Assembly (NCBI GenBank): GCA_038214375.1
Contig: JBBQRX010000014.1
Span: 1,961-65,960 of the forward strand
Length of the DNA: 64,000 nucleotides
Source of the DNA: Candidatus Limnocylindrales bacterium
Lineage (GTDB): Bacteria > Chloroflexota > Limnocylindria > Limnocylindrales > CSP1-4
Direction of reading: 5' to 3'
Shown: positions 49,260-57,969 of the stretch, in pieces
How the letters are laid out: each line of letters begins with the position of its first letter
How positions within the stretch are numbered: the first letter of the stretch is position 1
Program-made: the position numbers and the translations under genes
Notes under the pieces: generated by a model
What the model saw: only the letters and a program-made list of their open reading frames with translations
Told to the model about the DNA's origin: nothing
Databases searched by the model: none

Positions 49260-49447
49260 GATCCCGCCTTGCCGAGTCGATCATCGAACCTGCGACTGGC
49301 TCGGCGGGCCTCGGGAGGCCGTCTGGCGGACTCCGCTTCGTCCGGATTTCGCGTGGTAGTAGTGGTGGTGCTGGTATGTCGGTCCGCACCGGGTTCGACG
49401 GCGAGTCGCGGCCTTCGCCCGGGAGCCCTGAGCACGAATCGGGAACG
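49260..49447 (-). ncRNA. ssrS: Probable 6S RNA
   Basis: About 188 nt. The ends pair (GUUCCCG...CGGGAUC), inner GAACC/GGUUC and UGCG/CGCA pair, with an unpaired A/C-rich bubble (ACAUACCAGCACCACCACUACUACCA). The 3' arm CCCGCC...GCAGGUUC...CGGCA...GGGA resembles the 6S consensus as I recall it. Confidence 0.7.
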
Positions 49448-49483
49448 CATGGCGCGCCTGAGGCCCGCGCGGGCGTCGCGATG

Positions 49484-49574
49484 GGCGCTTACCAGCACCG
49501 GTAGTGCTGCCGAGTGCGGGAAGGGCGTCCCAGGTCGCTTATCAGCACCCGGAGTGCTGGCGCGGCCGGGAAGG
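49484..49574. repeat. Two direct repeats with exact 50-bp period, each holding the palindrome CAGCAC-N5-GTGCTG
   Basis: cgcttaccagcaccggtagtgctg...cgggaagg and cgcttatcagcacccggagtgctg...cgggaagg. Confidence 0.85.
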
Positions 49575-49645
49575 CAGATCCCGCGGCCCCGCCGCCGCCC
49601 CACGGCCCCGGCCCCACGCCCCACCGCCGCGGCCCCGCCCGCGTC

Positions 49646-50014
49646 CTACCCCACGGACTCCAGCAGCACCACGTCCCCCGGCCGCGTGCCCGTGGCGGCC
49701 GCGGTCCCGGCGGGCAGCTCCAGGCAGCCGTCTGCGCCGCGGGCGTAGAGAACGACCCCGATCCACGGTCGCAGGTCGGGGTGCACGGCCACCACGCGGC
49801 GGGTCCCGTCCGAGGCCGGACGGTCCAGGAAGACCGCGTCGATCGGGAAGCGCATGAAGAACATGTGGATGTTCGACGTACCGGTGAGCCAGAGCCCGCT
49901 GCCCGGGGGCAGCGACGGCCGGCCCATCAGGCCGCGGAAGCGCGACCCAAACGAATCGGCGATCTCGACCCCGCCGGCGAGCTCGGTGCCGCGCGTCAGG
50001 TTGAAGGCGCGCAC
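49646..50014 (-). CDS. DUF192 domain protein
   Basis: ADSFGSRFRGLMGR, IHMFFMRFPIDAVFLD, LELPAG. Confidence 0.9.
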   Translation of the reverse strand: MRAFNLTRGTELAGGVEIADSFGSRFRGLMGRPSLPPGSGLWLTGTSNIHMFFMRFPIDAVFLDRPASDGTRRVVAVHPDLRPWIGVVLYARGADGCLELPAGTAAATGTRPGDVVLLESVG

Positions 50015-50069
50015 AGGGGACGCATCCTCCGGCGGATGGGTCGGGTGGGCGTCGAAGCCGAGCGTGGCG

Positions 50070-51014
50070 CTAGAAGCCGGTACTCGCACCGCCGAGGTTC
50101 TTGATGATCAGGATAATCGCCGGACCCAGGATGACCACAAAGAGAGACGGGAAGATGCAGCCGACAAGCGGGAAGAGCATCTTGATCGGCGCCTTGGCCG
50201 CCATCTCCTCGGCGCGCTGGCGCCGCTCGATGCGCATCTGCTCGGACTGGACCTGGAGCACCTTACTGATCGAGACGCCCAGCTGCTCGGCCTGGATGAT
50301 CGCGCCGATGAAGTTCGTGAGCGGACCCACCTCGGTACGCGCGACGATGTCGCGCAGCGCGTCGCGGCGTGCCTTGCCCATCCGGACCTCGGCGAGCGCA
50401 CGCCGGAACTCGTCCGTCAACGGGCCGTTCATCTTCTCGACCACCTTGGCAAGAGCGGCATCGAACCCGAGGCCTGCCCGCACGCTGATCGTCAGCAGGT
50501 CCAGCGCGTCGGGGATCTGGAGGATGATCGCGTGCTGGCGTCCGCGCACGCGGCGACCCAGCCAGAACTCGGGGGCGATGTAGCCGAACACGATACCGAC
50601 GACGCCCCCGAACAGCCCGACCACGGGGCCGGTCACCAACAGGAAGACGAAGAGAAGGAAGAAGACGATCGCGAAGACGATCGACGACACGGCCTTGATC
50701 CCCAGCCAGTCGGCCACCCGCAGCTCGCCCGGGTTGCCGGCCATCGCGAGGCGTTTCTCCGTTGTCTGCGAGAACGACGCCGACGTGAAGCGGGAGACGC
50801 CACCCGACAGGCGGTTGGCCAGCGGCCGGAAGGTGCGGTCGAGGAACGGCTGCTGAAGCTCGATCTCCTCGAGATTCTTCGCCTGCATGGTCCCCAGCTG
50901 GGTCAGCCGGGCCTGCACGGGATCGACGGACGAACCGCCGGCCAGTCCAAGGGCGATGAGGAGGATCGCGAATGCCGCAGCTGCGGCGATGACAATTGGG
51001 AGCAGGGTGCCCAT
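50070..51014 (-). CDS. tadC: Tad pilus platform protein TadC
   Basis: PDALDLLTISVRAGLGFD, AEQLG, AEEMAAKAPIKMLFPL. Confidence 0.93.
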   Translation of the reverse strand: MGTLLPIVIAAAAAFAILLIALGLAGGSSVDPVQARLTQLGTMQAKNLEEIELQQPFLDRTFRPLANRLSGGVSRFTSASFSQTTEKRLAMAGNPGELRVADWLGIKAVSSIVFAIVFFLLFVFLLVTGPVVGLFGGVVGIVFGYIAPEFWLGRRVRGRQHAIILQIPDALDLLTISVRAGLGFDAALAKVVEKMNGPLTDEFRRALAEVRMGKARRDALRDIVARTEVGPLTNFIGAIIQAEQLGVSISKVLQVQSEQMRIERRQRAEEMAAKAPIKMLFPLVGCIFPSLFVVILGPAIILIIKNLGGASTGF

Positions 51015-51016
51015 GG

Positions 51017-52030
51017 CTAGACCTCGATGTCCACGATCTTGCGGATGATCATGAAGCCGATGAACATCATGGTCCCGCCGATCGCCATCAGGACGATTCC
51101 CGTCGGAATCCCAGCAATGCTGACGGCCGGGTCGAACATCGGCGTCATGAAGGTCGGCGCCAGGACGAACAGGGCGCCGACCAGGCCGATCGGCAGAAAC
51201 GCGACGACATAGCCGGAGATCCGCTGCTGCGCGGTGAGCGTGCGGATCTCGCCCTTGATCCGCACCCGCTCGCGGATCGTGTACGCGATCGAGTCGAGGA
51301 TCTCGGCCAGGTTGCCACCCACCTGGTACTGGATGGAGATCGCCGTCGCCATCAGGTCCAGGTCCTCCGACTTGACGCGCCGGACCATGTTCTCCAGCGC
51401 CTTCTCGAACGGGAGGCCCAGGTTGACCTCACGGATGACACGCTGGAACTCCGTGGAGATGGGCGGCCGCGACTCGCGGACCACCAGCTCGATGGCCTGG
51501 AGGAACGACGACCCCGCCCGGAGCGCGTTCGCGAGGAGCGTGATCGTATCCGGCAGCTGCTTGTTGAACTTGTTGAGCCGCCCGCCCTGGCGTCGCTTGA
51601 CGTAGGAGCGGGGCAGGAAGAAGCCGATCACGGCGCCAACCAGCAGCGCGATGGGGTTCTGCAGGGCCGGCATGAAGAAGCCGAAGATGAACATGAAGGC
51701 CGGGATCCCGACGATTGCGCCGGCCCAGATCAGGAGATACTCGCTGACCTTGAGCTTGAGGTCGGCGCGGGCGAGCTCCCGGGAAATGTTCGCCCCGAAG
51801 TCGCGCTGCTCGACGATCCGGTTGAGCGCCGCGATCGAGGTCGACTGCGCCAGCATGTCGCTGATCGGGCCCTGGCCGGTGGAGGCGGGCTTGGCCTGCT
51901 CCTGGCGCCCGGACGCGTAGCGCTCGAGGCGCGCGGTCACGCCGCCCCCGCGACCGGACGTGGCGATGCCGAGGGCGATGAAGAGGATCGCGAGCGCCGC
52001 CACGCCGGCGACGAGGATGGTAGGCGGCAT
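51017..52030 (-). CDS. tadB: Tad pilus platform protein TadB
   Basis: QLPDTITLLANALRAG, VGGNLAEIL, IRTLTAQ. Confidence 0.93.
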   Translation of the reverse strand: MPPTILVAGVAALAILFIALGIATSGRGGGVTARLERYASGRQEQAKPASTGQGPISDMLAQSTSIAALNRIVEQRDFGANISRELARADLKLKVSEYLLIWAGAIVGIPAFMFIFGFFMPALQNPIALLVGAVIGFFLPRSYVKRRQGGRLNKFNKQLPDTITLLANALRAGSSFLQAIELVVRESRPPISTEFQRVIREVNLGLPFEKALENMVRRVKSEDLDLMATAISIQYQVGGNLAEILDSIAYTIRERVRIKGEIRTLTAQQRISGYVVAFLPIGLVGALFVLAPTFMTPMFDPAVSIAGIPTGIVLMAIGGTMMFIGFMIIRKIVDIEV

Positions 52031-52053
52031 GATGGAGCCTCCCGGGCTTCGAC

Positions 52054-53478
52054 CTAGAAGACGAAGCCGAAGAGCCCGGGCGGCAGGTGGATCCCCTGCA
52101 CCTCGAACTTCTCGACGAACTTCGGGCGGATGCCCGTGGGCTTGAGCCGGCCCTGGATCTTGCCCTCGACGATCCCGGTCTGCTCGAAGACGAACACGTC
52201 TTGCATCACGATCACGTCACCTTCCATGCCCTGGACCTCGGTGATGTTCGTGATGCGGCGGGTGCCGTCCTTGAGGCGGGCCTGGTGGACGATCAGGTCC
52301 ACGGCAGACGAGACCTGCTCGCGGATCGCGCGGAGCGGAAGGTCCACGCCGGCCATCAGGACCATCGTCTCGAGCCGCGAGAGCATGTCGCGCGGGCTGT
52401 TCGCGTGGCCGGTGGACATCGAGCCGTCGTGGCCCGTGTTCATGGCCTGGAGCATGTCCAGCGCCTCGCCGGAACGGCACTCTCCCACGATGATCCGGTC
52501 GGGCCGCATCCGGAGGGCGTTGCGGACCAGCTCGCGGATCGGGATCTGGCCCTTGCCCTCGATGTTCGGCGGGCGGGACTCCAGCGTGACCACGTGCTCC
52601 TGGCGGAGCTGCAACTCGGCCGCGTCCTCGATCGTGATGATCCGCTCGTCGTTCGGGATGAACGAGGAGAGCACGTTGAGGGTCGTGGTCTTGCCGGAGC
52701 CGGTTCCGCCGGAGACGAAGATGTTGAGGCGAGCCTCCACGCAGGCCTTGAGGAAATCGAACATGTCCGGGGTCGCCGTCCCGAACCGGATCAGGTCGTC
52801 CACCGTGAACGGCGATGCCGCGAACTTCCGGATCGTGACCACCGGGCCCACCAGGGAGAGCGGCGGGATGATCGCGTTGACGCGCGAGCCGTCCGTCAGC
52901 CGCGCGTCGACCATCGGGCTCGACTCGTCGACCCGGCGGCCGATCGGGGCGATGATCCGGTCGATGATCCGCATGACGTGGTCGTCGTTCTGGAAGACGA
53001 CGTTCGTCAGCTCCAGCTTGCCGGAGCGCTCGATGTAGACCTGCCGCGGGCCGTTGACCATCACCTCGGTGATCGTCTCGTCGCGCAGGAGCGGCTCCAG
53101 CGGCCCCAGGCCGATGATCTCGTCGGTGATCTGCTCCAGCATCCGGACCCGCTCGGCGCGGGTGAGGGCAAGGCCCTCCTCGTCGATGACCTTGCCGAAG
53201 ATCTCCTCGATCTGGCGGCGCACCTCGACCTGGTTGGAGAGGTCGAGCTTGGGGTCCAGGTCCTGGATGACGCGCGACTGGATCCGGAACTTGACGTCGC
53301 GGAACGATTCTCGGACGGGCGCCGACGACATGAGGCGCTGGCTGCTGGGCGCGGCCAGAGGCGGCGGTGCGGGCTGTCCGCCACCCTGCCCGCCCGAGGG
53401 CGGGCCGGCGGGTGCGGTCGGCGTGACGGGTCCCGGTCCGCCGGGCCGCGCGCTCTCGATTCGCTTCAGCAGGGACAT
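52054..53478 (-). CDS. tadA: Tad pilus ATPase TadA/CpaF
   Basis: GLGPLEPLL, GGTGSGKTT, IEDAAEL, LRMRPDRIIVGECR, MNTGHDG. Confidence 0.96.
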   Translation of the reverse strand: MSLLKRIESARPGGPGPVTPTAPAGPPSGGQGGGQPAPPPLAAPSSQRLMSSAPVRESFRDVKFRIQSRVIQDLDPKLDLSNQVEVRRQIEEIFGKVIDEEGLALTRAERVRMLEQITDEIIGLGPLEPLLRDETITEVMVNGPRQVYIERSGKLELTNVVFQNDDHVMRIIDRIIAPIGRRVDESSPMVDARLTDGSRVNAIIPPLSLVGPVVTIRKFAASPFTVDDLIRFGTATPDMFDFLKACVEARLNIFVSGGTGSGKTTTLNVLSSFIPNDERIITIEDAAELQLRQEHVVTLESRPPNIEGKGQIPIRELVRNALRMRPDRIIVGECRSGEALDMLQAMNTGHDGSMSTGHANSPRDMLSRLETMVLMAGVDLPLRAIREQVSSAVDLIVHQARLKDGTRRITNITEVQGMEGDVIVMQDVFVFEQTGIVEGKIQGRLKPTGIRPKFVEKFEVQGIHLPPGLFGFVF

Positions 53479-53524
53479 TGTCCAACCACCCCTTCAGCCC
53501 CCGAGGGGACGAGATCCGGCGTTC

Positions 53525-54763
53525 CTAGCGCCATGCGAACAGCGACTTTCGCGGAGCCTGCCTGCGGGCCCCATCGCGTGCCTTCTCCGGTTCCCCGGTC
53601 AGCGACCGGGCCAGGCGAAGGATGTCCTGCGAGACCTGCGCCTCGCGATTGCTCAGGAAGAACGGTACTCCCCGGTTGAGCGCATACACAACACTCCGGC
53701 CGTCGCTGACGACCGTGTGATCCACCTTGCGGCCGATCGAGTGCTCCACGTCCGCGACCCGGATCCCCAGGGCGGAGTCGGCGCGGTTGAGGACCAGCTG
53801 CACCTTGTCCCCCGGGTAGCCCAGCTGGTCGGCCACCTCCAGGAAGAGCCGGAGGTTCTTGATGCTCGTGATCTCGAGCGTGAGGACCGTCAGGATCGTG
53901 TCGGCGATGTCGAGGATGGCCAGGGTCGCGTCGCTGAACGACGACGCGCAGTCCACCACGACGAGGTCGTAGCGGCCGCGGAGCACTTCCAGGACGCGCT
54001 TTGCCGACGACGGCGTCACCGTCTCGGCGAGCTCCGGGGATGGTGGCGCCAGGAGGACCTTGAGGCCCGAGGAATGCGTCATCAGGAACGTGTCGAGCGA
54101 TTCCGGCTCCCCGCCCGCCTCCAGCTCCGGCACCAGGTCGGCGATCGACTTGTTCTTCGGGTTGAGGTTGAGCAGCACGCCCACGTCGCCGAACTGGAAG
54201 GAGCCGTCAACCAGCGCGACGCGGCTGTTCGGCTCGGACGCGGCCGCGACAGCCACGTTCACCGCGATCGTCGTCCGGCCAACGCCGCCCTTCGGTGAGA
54301 AGACAGCCACCACGCGCCCCGGCTCGCGGGAGGCCGAGGCGCGCGCCTCGATCGCCGCCGGTGCGCCGTAGCGGACCCGCTTCTCGTGTTCCCGCGCGTG
54401 GACCTGTCGGATGGACGCCGTCAGCTCGTCGGAGCTGAACGGCTTGACCAGGAACTCGCGAGCCCCCGCCAGCATTGAGCGCCGGAGGTAGTCGGCCTCG
54501 CCCTGGACGGACATCATCACGATCGCGGTGGTCGGCACCTGTGCCGAGAGGAGCTCGGTCGCGGTGATCCCGTCCATGTCCGGCATGTTGATGTCCATCA
54601 GGACCACGTCCGGCAGGAGCGCGGCGGCCATTCGGAGCGCCTCGGCGCCGGACGAGGCCGCACCGACGACCTCGAAGTCCTTCTCGAAGCCCAGGAGCTT
54701 CGTCAGGTGATCGCGGGTCTCGGGGATGTCATCGACGATCAGGACGCGGATCTGGTCACTCAT
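53525..54763 (-). CDS. cpaE: CpaE/TadZ-like protein with N-terminal receiver domain
   Basis: REC: LIVDD, LMDINMP, VKPF; deviant Walker A SPKGGVGRTT. Confidence 0.9.
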   Translation of the reverse strand: MSDQIRVLIVDDIPETRDHLTKLLGFEKDFEVVGAASSGAEALRMAAALLPDVVLMDINMPDMDGITATELLSAQVPTTAIVMMSVQGEADYLRRSMLAGAREFLVKPFSSDELTASIRQVHAREHEKRVRYGAPAAIEARASASREPGRVVAVFSPKGGVGRTTIAVNVAVAAASEPNSRVALVDGSFQFGDVGVLLNLNPKNKSIADLVPELEAGGEPESLDTFLMTHSSGLKVLLAPPSPELAETVTPSSAKRVLEVLRGRYDLVVVDCASSFSDATLAILDIADTILTVLTLEITSIKNLRLFLEVADQLGYPGDKVQLVLNRADSALGIRVADVEHSIGRKVDHTVVSDGRSVVYALNRGVPFFLSNREAQVSQDILRLARSLTGEPEKARDGARRQAPRKSLFAWR

Positions 54764-54817
54764 GGGTTTCCGGTGCGAACGGTCAGGGGTGAGGGCGGCT
54801 CTGTCGGGCGCGAAGGG

Positions 54818-55723
54818 TCAGGGCTGCTCGGTCAGGATGATCTTCGGTGGGATGACGCCGTAGCTGTCCACCAGCTGGCGCAGCGTGATGCCCGTCGTCT
54901 TGACGGCCGGCGCGTCCTTGTCCTTCGGTGAGCGGAGGACCAGCGAGAGGTTGCCGTCCAGCTGGGTGAACCTAACGAGCTCGGCCTGCTGGGCGGTCAG
55001 CGCCAGGATCACGATCTGCGACTGGCCGTTCAAGGTGGTGGGCGTTTCCTGAGTCGTGCCGGTGCCTGCCGCCGGGGCCGGGGCGGCGCCCTGCTGCGCG
55101 GTGGGCGGTGGCAGGATCGTGCCCAGCACCAGGACGTTCTGGACCAGTACCTTGACGGTAGTGTTGTTGACCAGGGAGTCCTCGGTTTGGAAGTTGCGCA
55201 CCGTGACCGGCGGCTGGCCCTCCTTCGTTGGGGCCTTTTCGACGACGATCGGGTTCTTGTTGTCGGCCTCGGTCATCGAAAGCACGACGTCCACCCGGTC
55301 ACCGGGCTTGATCAGCGTACCGACGCCAGAGATCTGGTCCACCTGGACCGACTGCGCAAGACTCCCAGGGTCCAGGAGCTGAGAGATATCACCGAGCGAC
55401 GCTGTCGCGCTGAACGTGGAGGACGAGAGGTAGGCGCCCGACGTCACGTCCGTGCGGACGATCTTGCCGATGACCGCCTCGGGCAGGGCGAAGGAATCGC
55501 CCGGCTTGTCCGCCAGGGGGACATCCTTCGTCGTAACCATCGGCGCGGTGATGGTCGTCCCCAACGGGATGTCCTGGGCCGCCACCACGATCTTCGCGGT
55601 GGTCGGCGCGGCGGGCGTGCCGGTGCCCGAGCCGCCGTTTCCCGTGAGGAGGATGACCCCCACGAATGCGACCACGGCCAGGAACAGGCCGATGAGCAGG
55701 ATGAGCCGGTTGCTCCGCTTCAA
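54818..55723 (-). CDS. cpaB: Flp pilus assembly protein CpaB/RcpC
   Basis: N-terminal TM, SAF domain VVAAQDIPLGT, PGDRVDV, LSLVLR; TTG start after GGGGAG. Confidence 0.9.
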   Translation of the reverse strand: MKRSNRLILLIGLFLAVVAFVGVILLTGNGGSGTGTPAAPTTAKIVVAAQDIPLGTTITAPMVTTKDVPLADKPGDSFALPEAVIGKIVRTDVTSGAYLSSSTFSATASLGDISQLLDPGSLAQSVQVDQISGVGTLIKPGDRVDVVLSMTEADNKNPIVVEKAPTKEGQPPVTVRNFQTEDSLVNNTTVKVLVQNVLVLGTILPPPTAQQGAAPAPAAGTGTTQETPTTLNGQSQIVILALTAQQAELVRFTQLDGNLSLVLRSPKDKDAPAVKTTGITLRQLVDSYGVIPPKIILTEQP

Positions 55724-55915
55724 GGTTCGTTCTCCCCAGGCTGCCGGGTGACAGGTGGCACCACTCTAGCATCGTGTGAGAGCGGCGCGACTATACGATT
55801 GGGCCATGACCATTGGGAGGATTTGGCCAGAAATCGAGTGGGAACGCCGAGAAGCGGCCCGGTCGCGATCGGGCGCCGGACGCCATCCAGCCGGTCACGG
55901 CTTCGGGCGCTGGAG

Positions 55916-55955
55916 GAAAGAAAGAAGGGCCGCCGGGTCAACCCGGCGGCCCTTC
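55916..55955 (-). terminator. Intrinsic terminator after the major Flp pilin
   Basis: Perfect 14-bp stem GAAGGGCCGCCGGG / CCCGGCGGCCCTTC followed by TTTCTTT on the minus strand. Confidence 0.88.
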
Positions 55956-55967
55956 AGTACTTGGGTG

Positions 55968-56141
55968 CTAGATCGAGTTCCCGACGGTGCTCAGGACCGT
56001 GTTGATCTTGCCACCGAGGAAGAGAAGGGCGACGATCGCGAGGATCGCGATAAGGGCGAGGATCAGCGCGTACTCGGCGAGTCCCTGGCCCTCCTCGTCG
56101 CGGACGAAGAGCGACGTGATGAGTGCGTACAGACGAGTCAT
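55968..56141 (-). CDS. Flp family type IVb pilin (probable major pilin)
   Basis: MTRLYALITSLFVRDEEG|QGLAEYALILALIA; GGAGGTG SD. Confidence 0.93.
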   Translation of the reverse strand: MTRLYALITSLFVRDEEGQGLAEYALILALIAILAIVALLFLGGKINTVLSTVGNSI

Positions 56142-56273
56142 TGTGTTGTTCACCTCCTTCCCTGACGAAGGTCCCCCGTCACGACGGGGGCCGCGGTCCC
56201 GATGGACCGAACGCGTGGGACGCGCAATTCGACGATAGGTGCCGAACCCGGCGTTGCCTCACAGCGCTCCCGA

Positions 56274-56302
56274 AGGCTAGGTACCGGTGAGAGGCTTGTC
56301 AA
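56274..56302 (-). promoter_or_regulatory. Sigma70 promoter TTGACA-N17-TAGCCT for the major pilin
   Basis: Consensus -35 and 17-nt spacer. Confidence 0.7.
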
Positions 56303-56354
56303 GGGTTCCAATAGTCCTGTGGTGCGCTCCGGCGCCGGCCAGCTCACACATTGG

Positions 56355-56525
56355 TCAGACCGAATTCCCTAGCGTGCTCAGCATGGTATTGATTCTGCCG
56401 CCCATGAACAGCAGGGCGACAATCGCGAGAATGGCGATGAGGGCGAGGATCAGGGCGTACTCAGCGAGTCCCTGCCCCTCTTCGTCGAAGTGCAGACGTG
56501 CCCAGACCGAGCTGACAAGTGCCAT
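56355..56525 (-). CDS. Flp family pilin 2 (56 aa)
   Basis: Below the ORF-track cutoff; manual translation MALVSSVWARLHFDEEG|QGLAEYALILALIAILAIVALLFMGGRINTMLSTLGNSV; GGGGAG SD. Confidence 0.9.
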   Translation of the reverse strand: MALVSSVWARLHFDEEGQGLAEYALILALIAILAIVALLFMGGRINTMLSTLGNSV

Positions 56526-56618
56526 AGGCTCGACTCCCCGGATGATTGCGCCCCAGATATTCGAGGCAGCGCGAGTCTAGGGTCACGGCGCACAGAAGGC
56601 CAATAGGACCTTCGTACC

Positions 56619-56783
56619 TCACCTGGCCTTGTCGATCTGCGTGCCGATCAGGCTCAATGCCCACGCAAGCTGCGGCCCGAAGAAGAGCAGCGCGATCACC
56701 GCGATGACCACGACCAGGGCGAGAATCAGGCCGTACTCCACCAGCCCCTGGCCCGCTGCCGCGACCGACGCAGGCCGGTTCAT
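56619..56783 (-). CDS. Flp family pilin 3 (54 aa, divergent)
   Basis: Manual translation MNRPASVAAAG|QGLVEYGLILALVVVIAVIALLFFGPQ...; ATGA overlap with the upstream kinase stop. Confidence 0.85.
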   Translation of the reverse strand: MNRPASVAAAGQGLVEYGLILALVVVIAVIALLFFGPQLAWALSLIGTQIDKAR

Positions 56784-57958
56784 CCCGCGTCGGCGGGGGT
56801 CGCCTCGTCGGCCGGCGGCGGGATCGGGACCACGACCTCGATCGTCTGCCCGTCGGCGGCCACGCCAACGCGGCCCCCGAGCGCCGTTGCGCGATCCGTG
56901 ATCTCGCGTCGGACGTCGGCCGGCACACCACCGGCGGCGACGACGGCCGCGCGGTCGGCACGCCGCGACTCGATCATCGACACGAGGGCAGCCGGCACAT
57001 CCGCGCCGGGCGCGGGCAGCACCGGCTCCTCGTCACGCGCGGCGAGGTGCGCGCGAACCGTGGCGGTCAGCTCGGCCGCGCCCCAGAAGAGCGTGACGGT
57101 GACGCGCTCCGGGTGCGTGGCAGCGAGGGCCGTGACCGACTCGTCCACGATCCGGAAGACGCCGCTCTCCAGCTCCATCGGGAGGCGCCGGTCCGGGCCC
57201 AGCGAGTCGAACTCCACGGGAACCTGGGCGCGCCGGCTGCGGTCGCGGGCGACACGGCGGAGCGTCGGCACGAGGCCCAGGTCGTCGAGCACCATCGGTC
57301 GAACGTCGAAGATGAACGTCTTGGTCGTGTCGAGCGTCCGCTGGACCATGCCGACCAGCTCGCGAACCTCGGCCCGGGCGGCCTCCGGATCGCGGTCGAT
57401 CAGCCGCTCCACGATCTGCGCCTGGAGGACGATGTTCGTCAGGCTCTGGGCTGGGCCGTCGTGCATCGCCCGCGAGATGTCGCGTCGGAGGTCCTCCAGC
57501 GCCGACTGGAGCATCCGGTGCGTGGTGGCCGAGGTGGCACCCGACCACGGGGCCGCGGGCGCACCGGGCCCGACCGATGCCGGCGTCGATCGTGGCGCAT
57601 CGAGGCCCGCCAGCTCCGCCACCTCGCGCCGCAGGTTCGCGAGGCCGTCGCGATAGCGCGCCAGCACCTTGTGCTTGCCCTGGAGGACCTCGATCTGGGC
57701 ATCCATCAGGGCGAACCGCTTGGTGAGCGTGACCAGCTGGGCGTTCTGTTCGGCGATCTCGGCCCGGTCGGCGCCGGGCGCCGCGAGGAGCTCCGCGACC
57801 TTTTCAGCCAGGTGGGCGCGCTTCTGTTCGTGGCGGCCCGCTTCGCTTCGCGCCTGCCCGGCCAGGAGCTCGATCTCGGACAGCTCGCGTTCCAGGCCCG
57901 CGACCTCGCGGTCGAGGGAGGAGGCGAGGTCGGCGGGGGTACGTTCGGGCTCCGTCAT
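56780..57958 (-). CDS. DegS-like HisKA_3 protein with degenerate ATPase domain (pseudokinase / possible phosphotransferase)
   Basis: Coiled-coil N-terminus; H-box SRAMHDGPAQSLTN and FDVRPMVLDDLGL are intact. N-box reads ESVTALAATH; no DxGxG or GxGL. Confidence 0.8.
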   Translation of the reverse strand: MTEPERTPADLASSLDREVAGLERELSEIELLAGQARSEAGRHEQKRAHLAEKVAELLAAPGADRAEIAEQNAQLVTLTKRFALMDAQIEVLQGKHKVLARYRDGLANLRREVAELAGLDAPRSTPASVGPGAPAAPWSGATSATTHRMLQSALEDLRRDISRAMHDGPAQSLTNIVLQAQIVERLIDRDPEAARAEVRELVGMVQRTLDTTKTFIFDVRPMVLDDLGLVPTLRRVARDRSRRAQVPVEFDSLGPDRRLPMELESGVFRIVDESVTALAATHPERVTVTLFWGAAELTATVRAHLAARDEEPVLPAPGADVPAALVSMIESRRADRAAVVAAGGVPADVRREITDRATALGGRVGVAADGQTIEVVVPIPPPADEATPADAG

Positions 57959-57969
57959 TCGGTTCGGTG

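Noticed and set aside
49484-49574. CIRCE operator or CRISPR mini-array
   Set aside because: Spacing does not fit TTAGCACTC-N9-GAGTGCTAA; only two units, no real spacers, no cas genes.
56160-56270. c-di-GMP-I/II riboswitch before the pilin
   Set aside because: Core consensus elements are not found on the sense strand; kept only as an unclassified structured leader.
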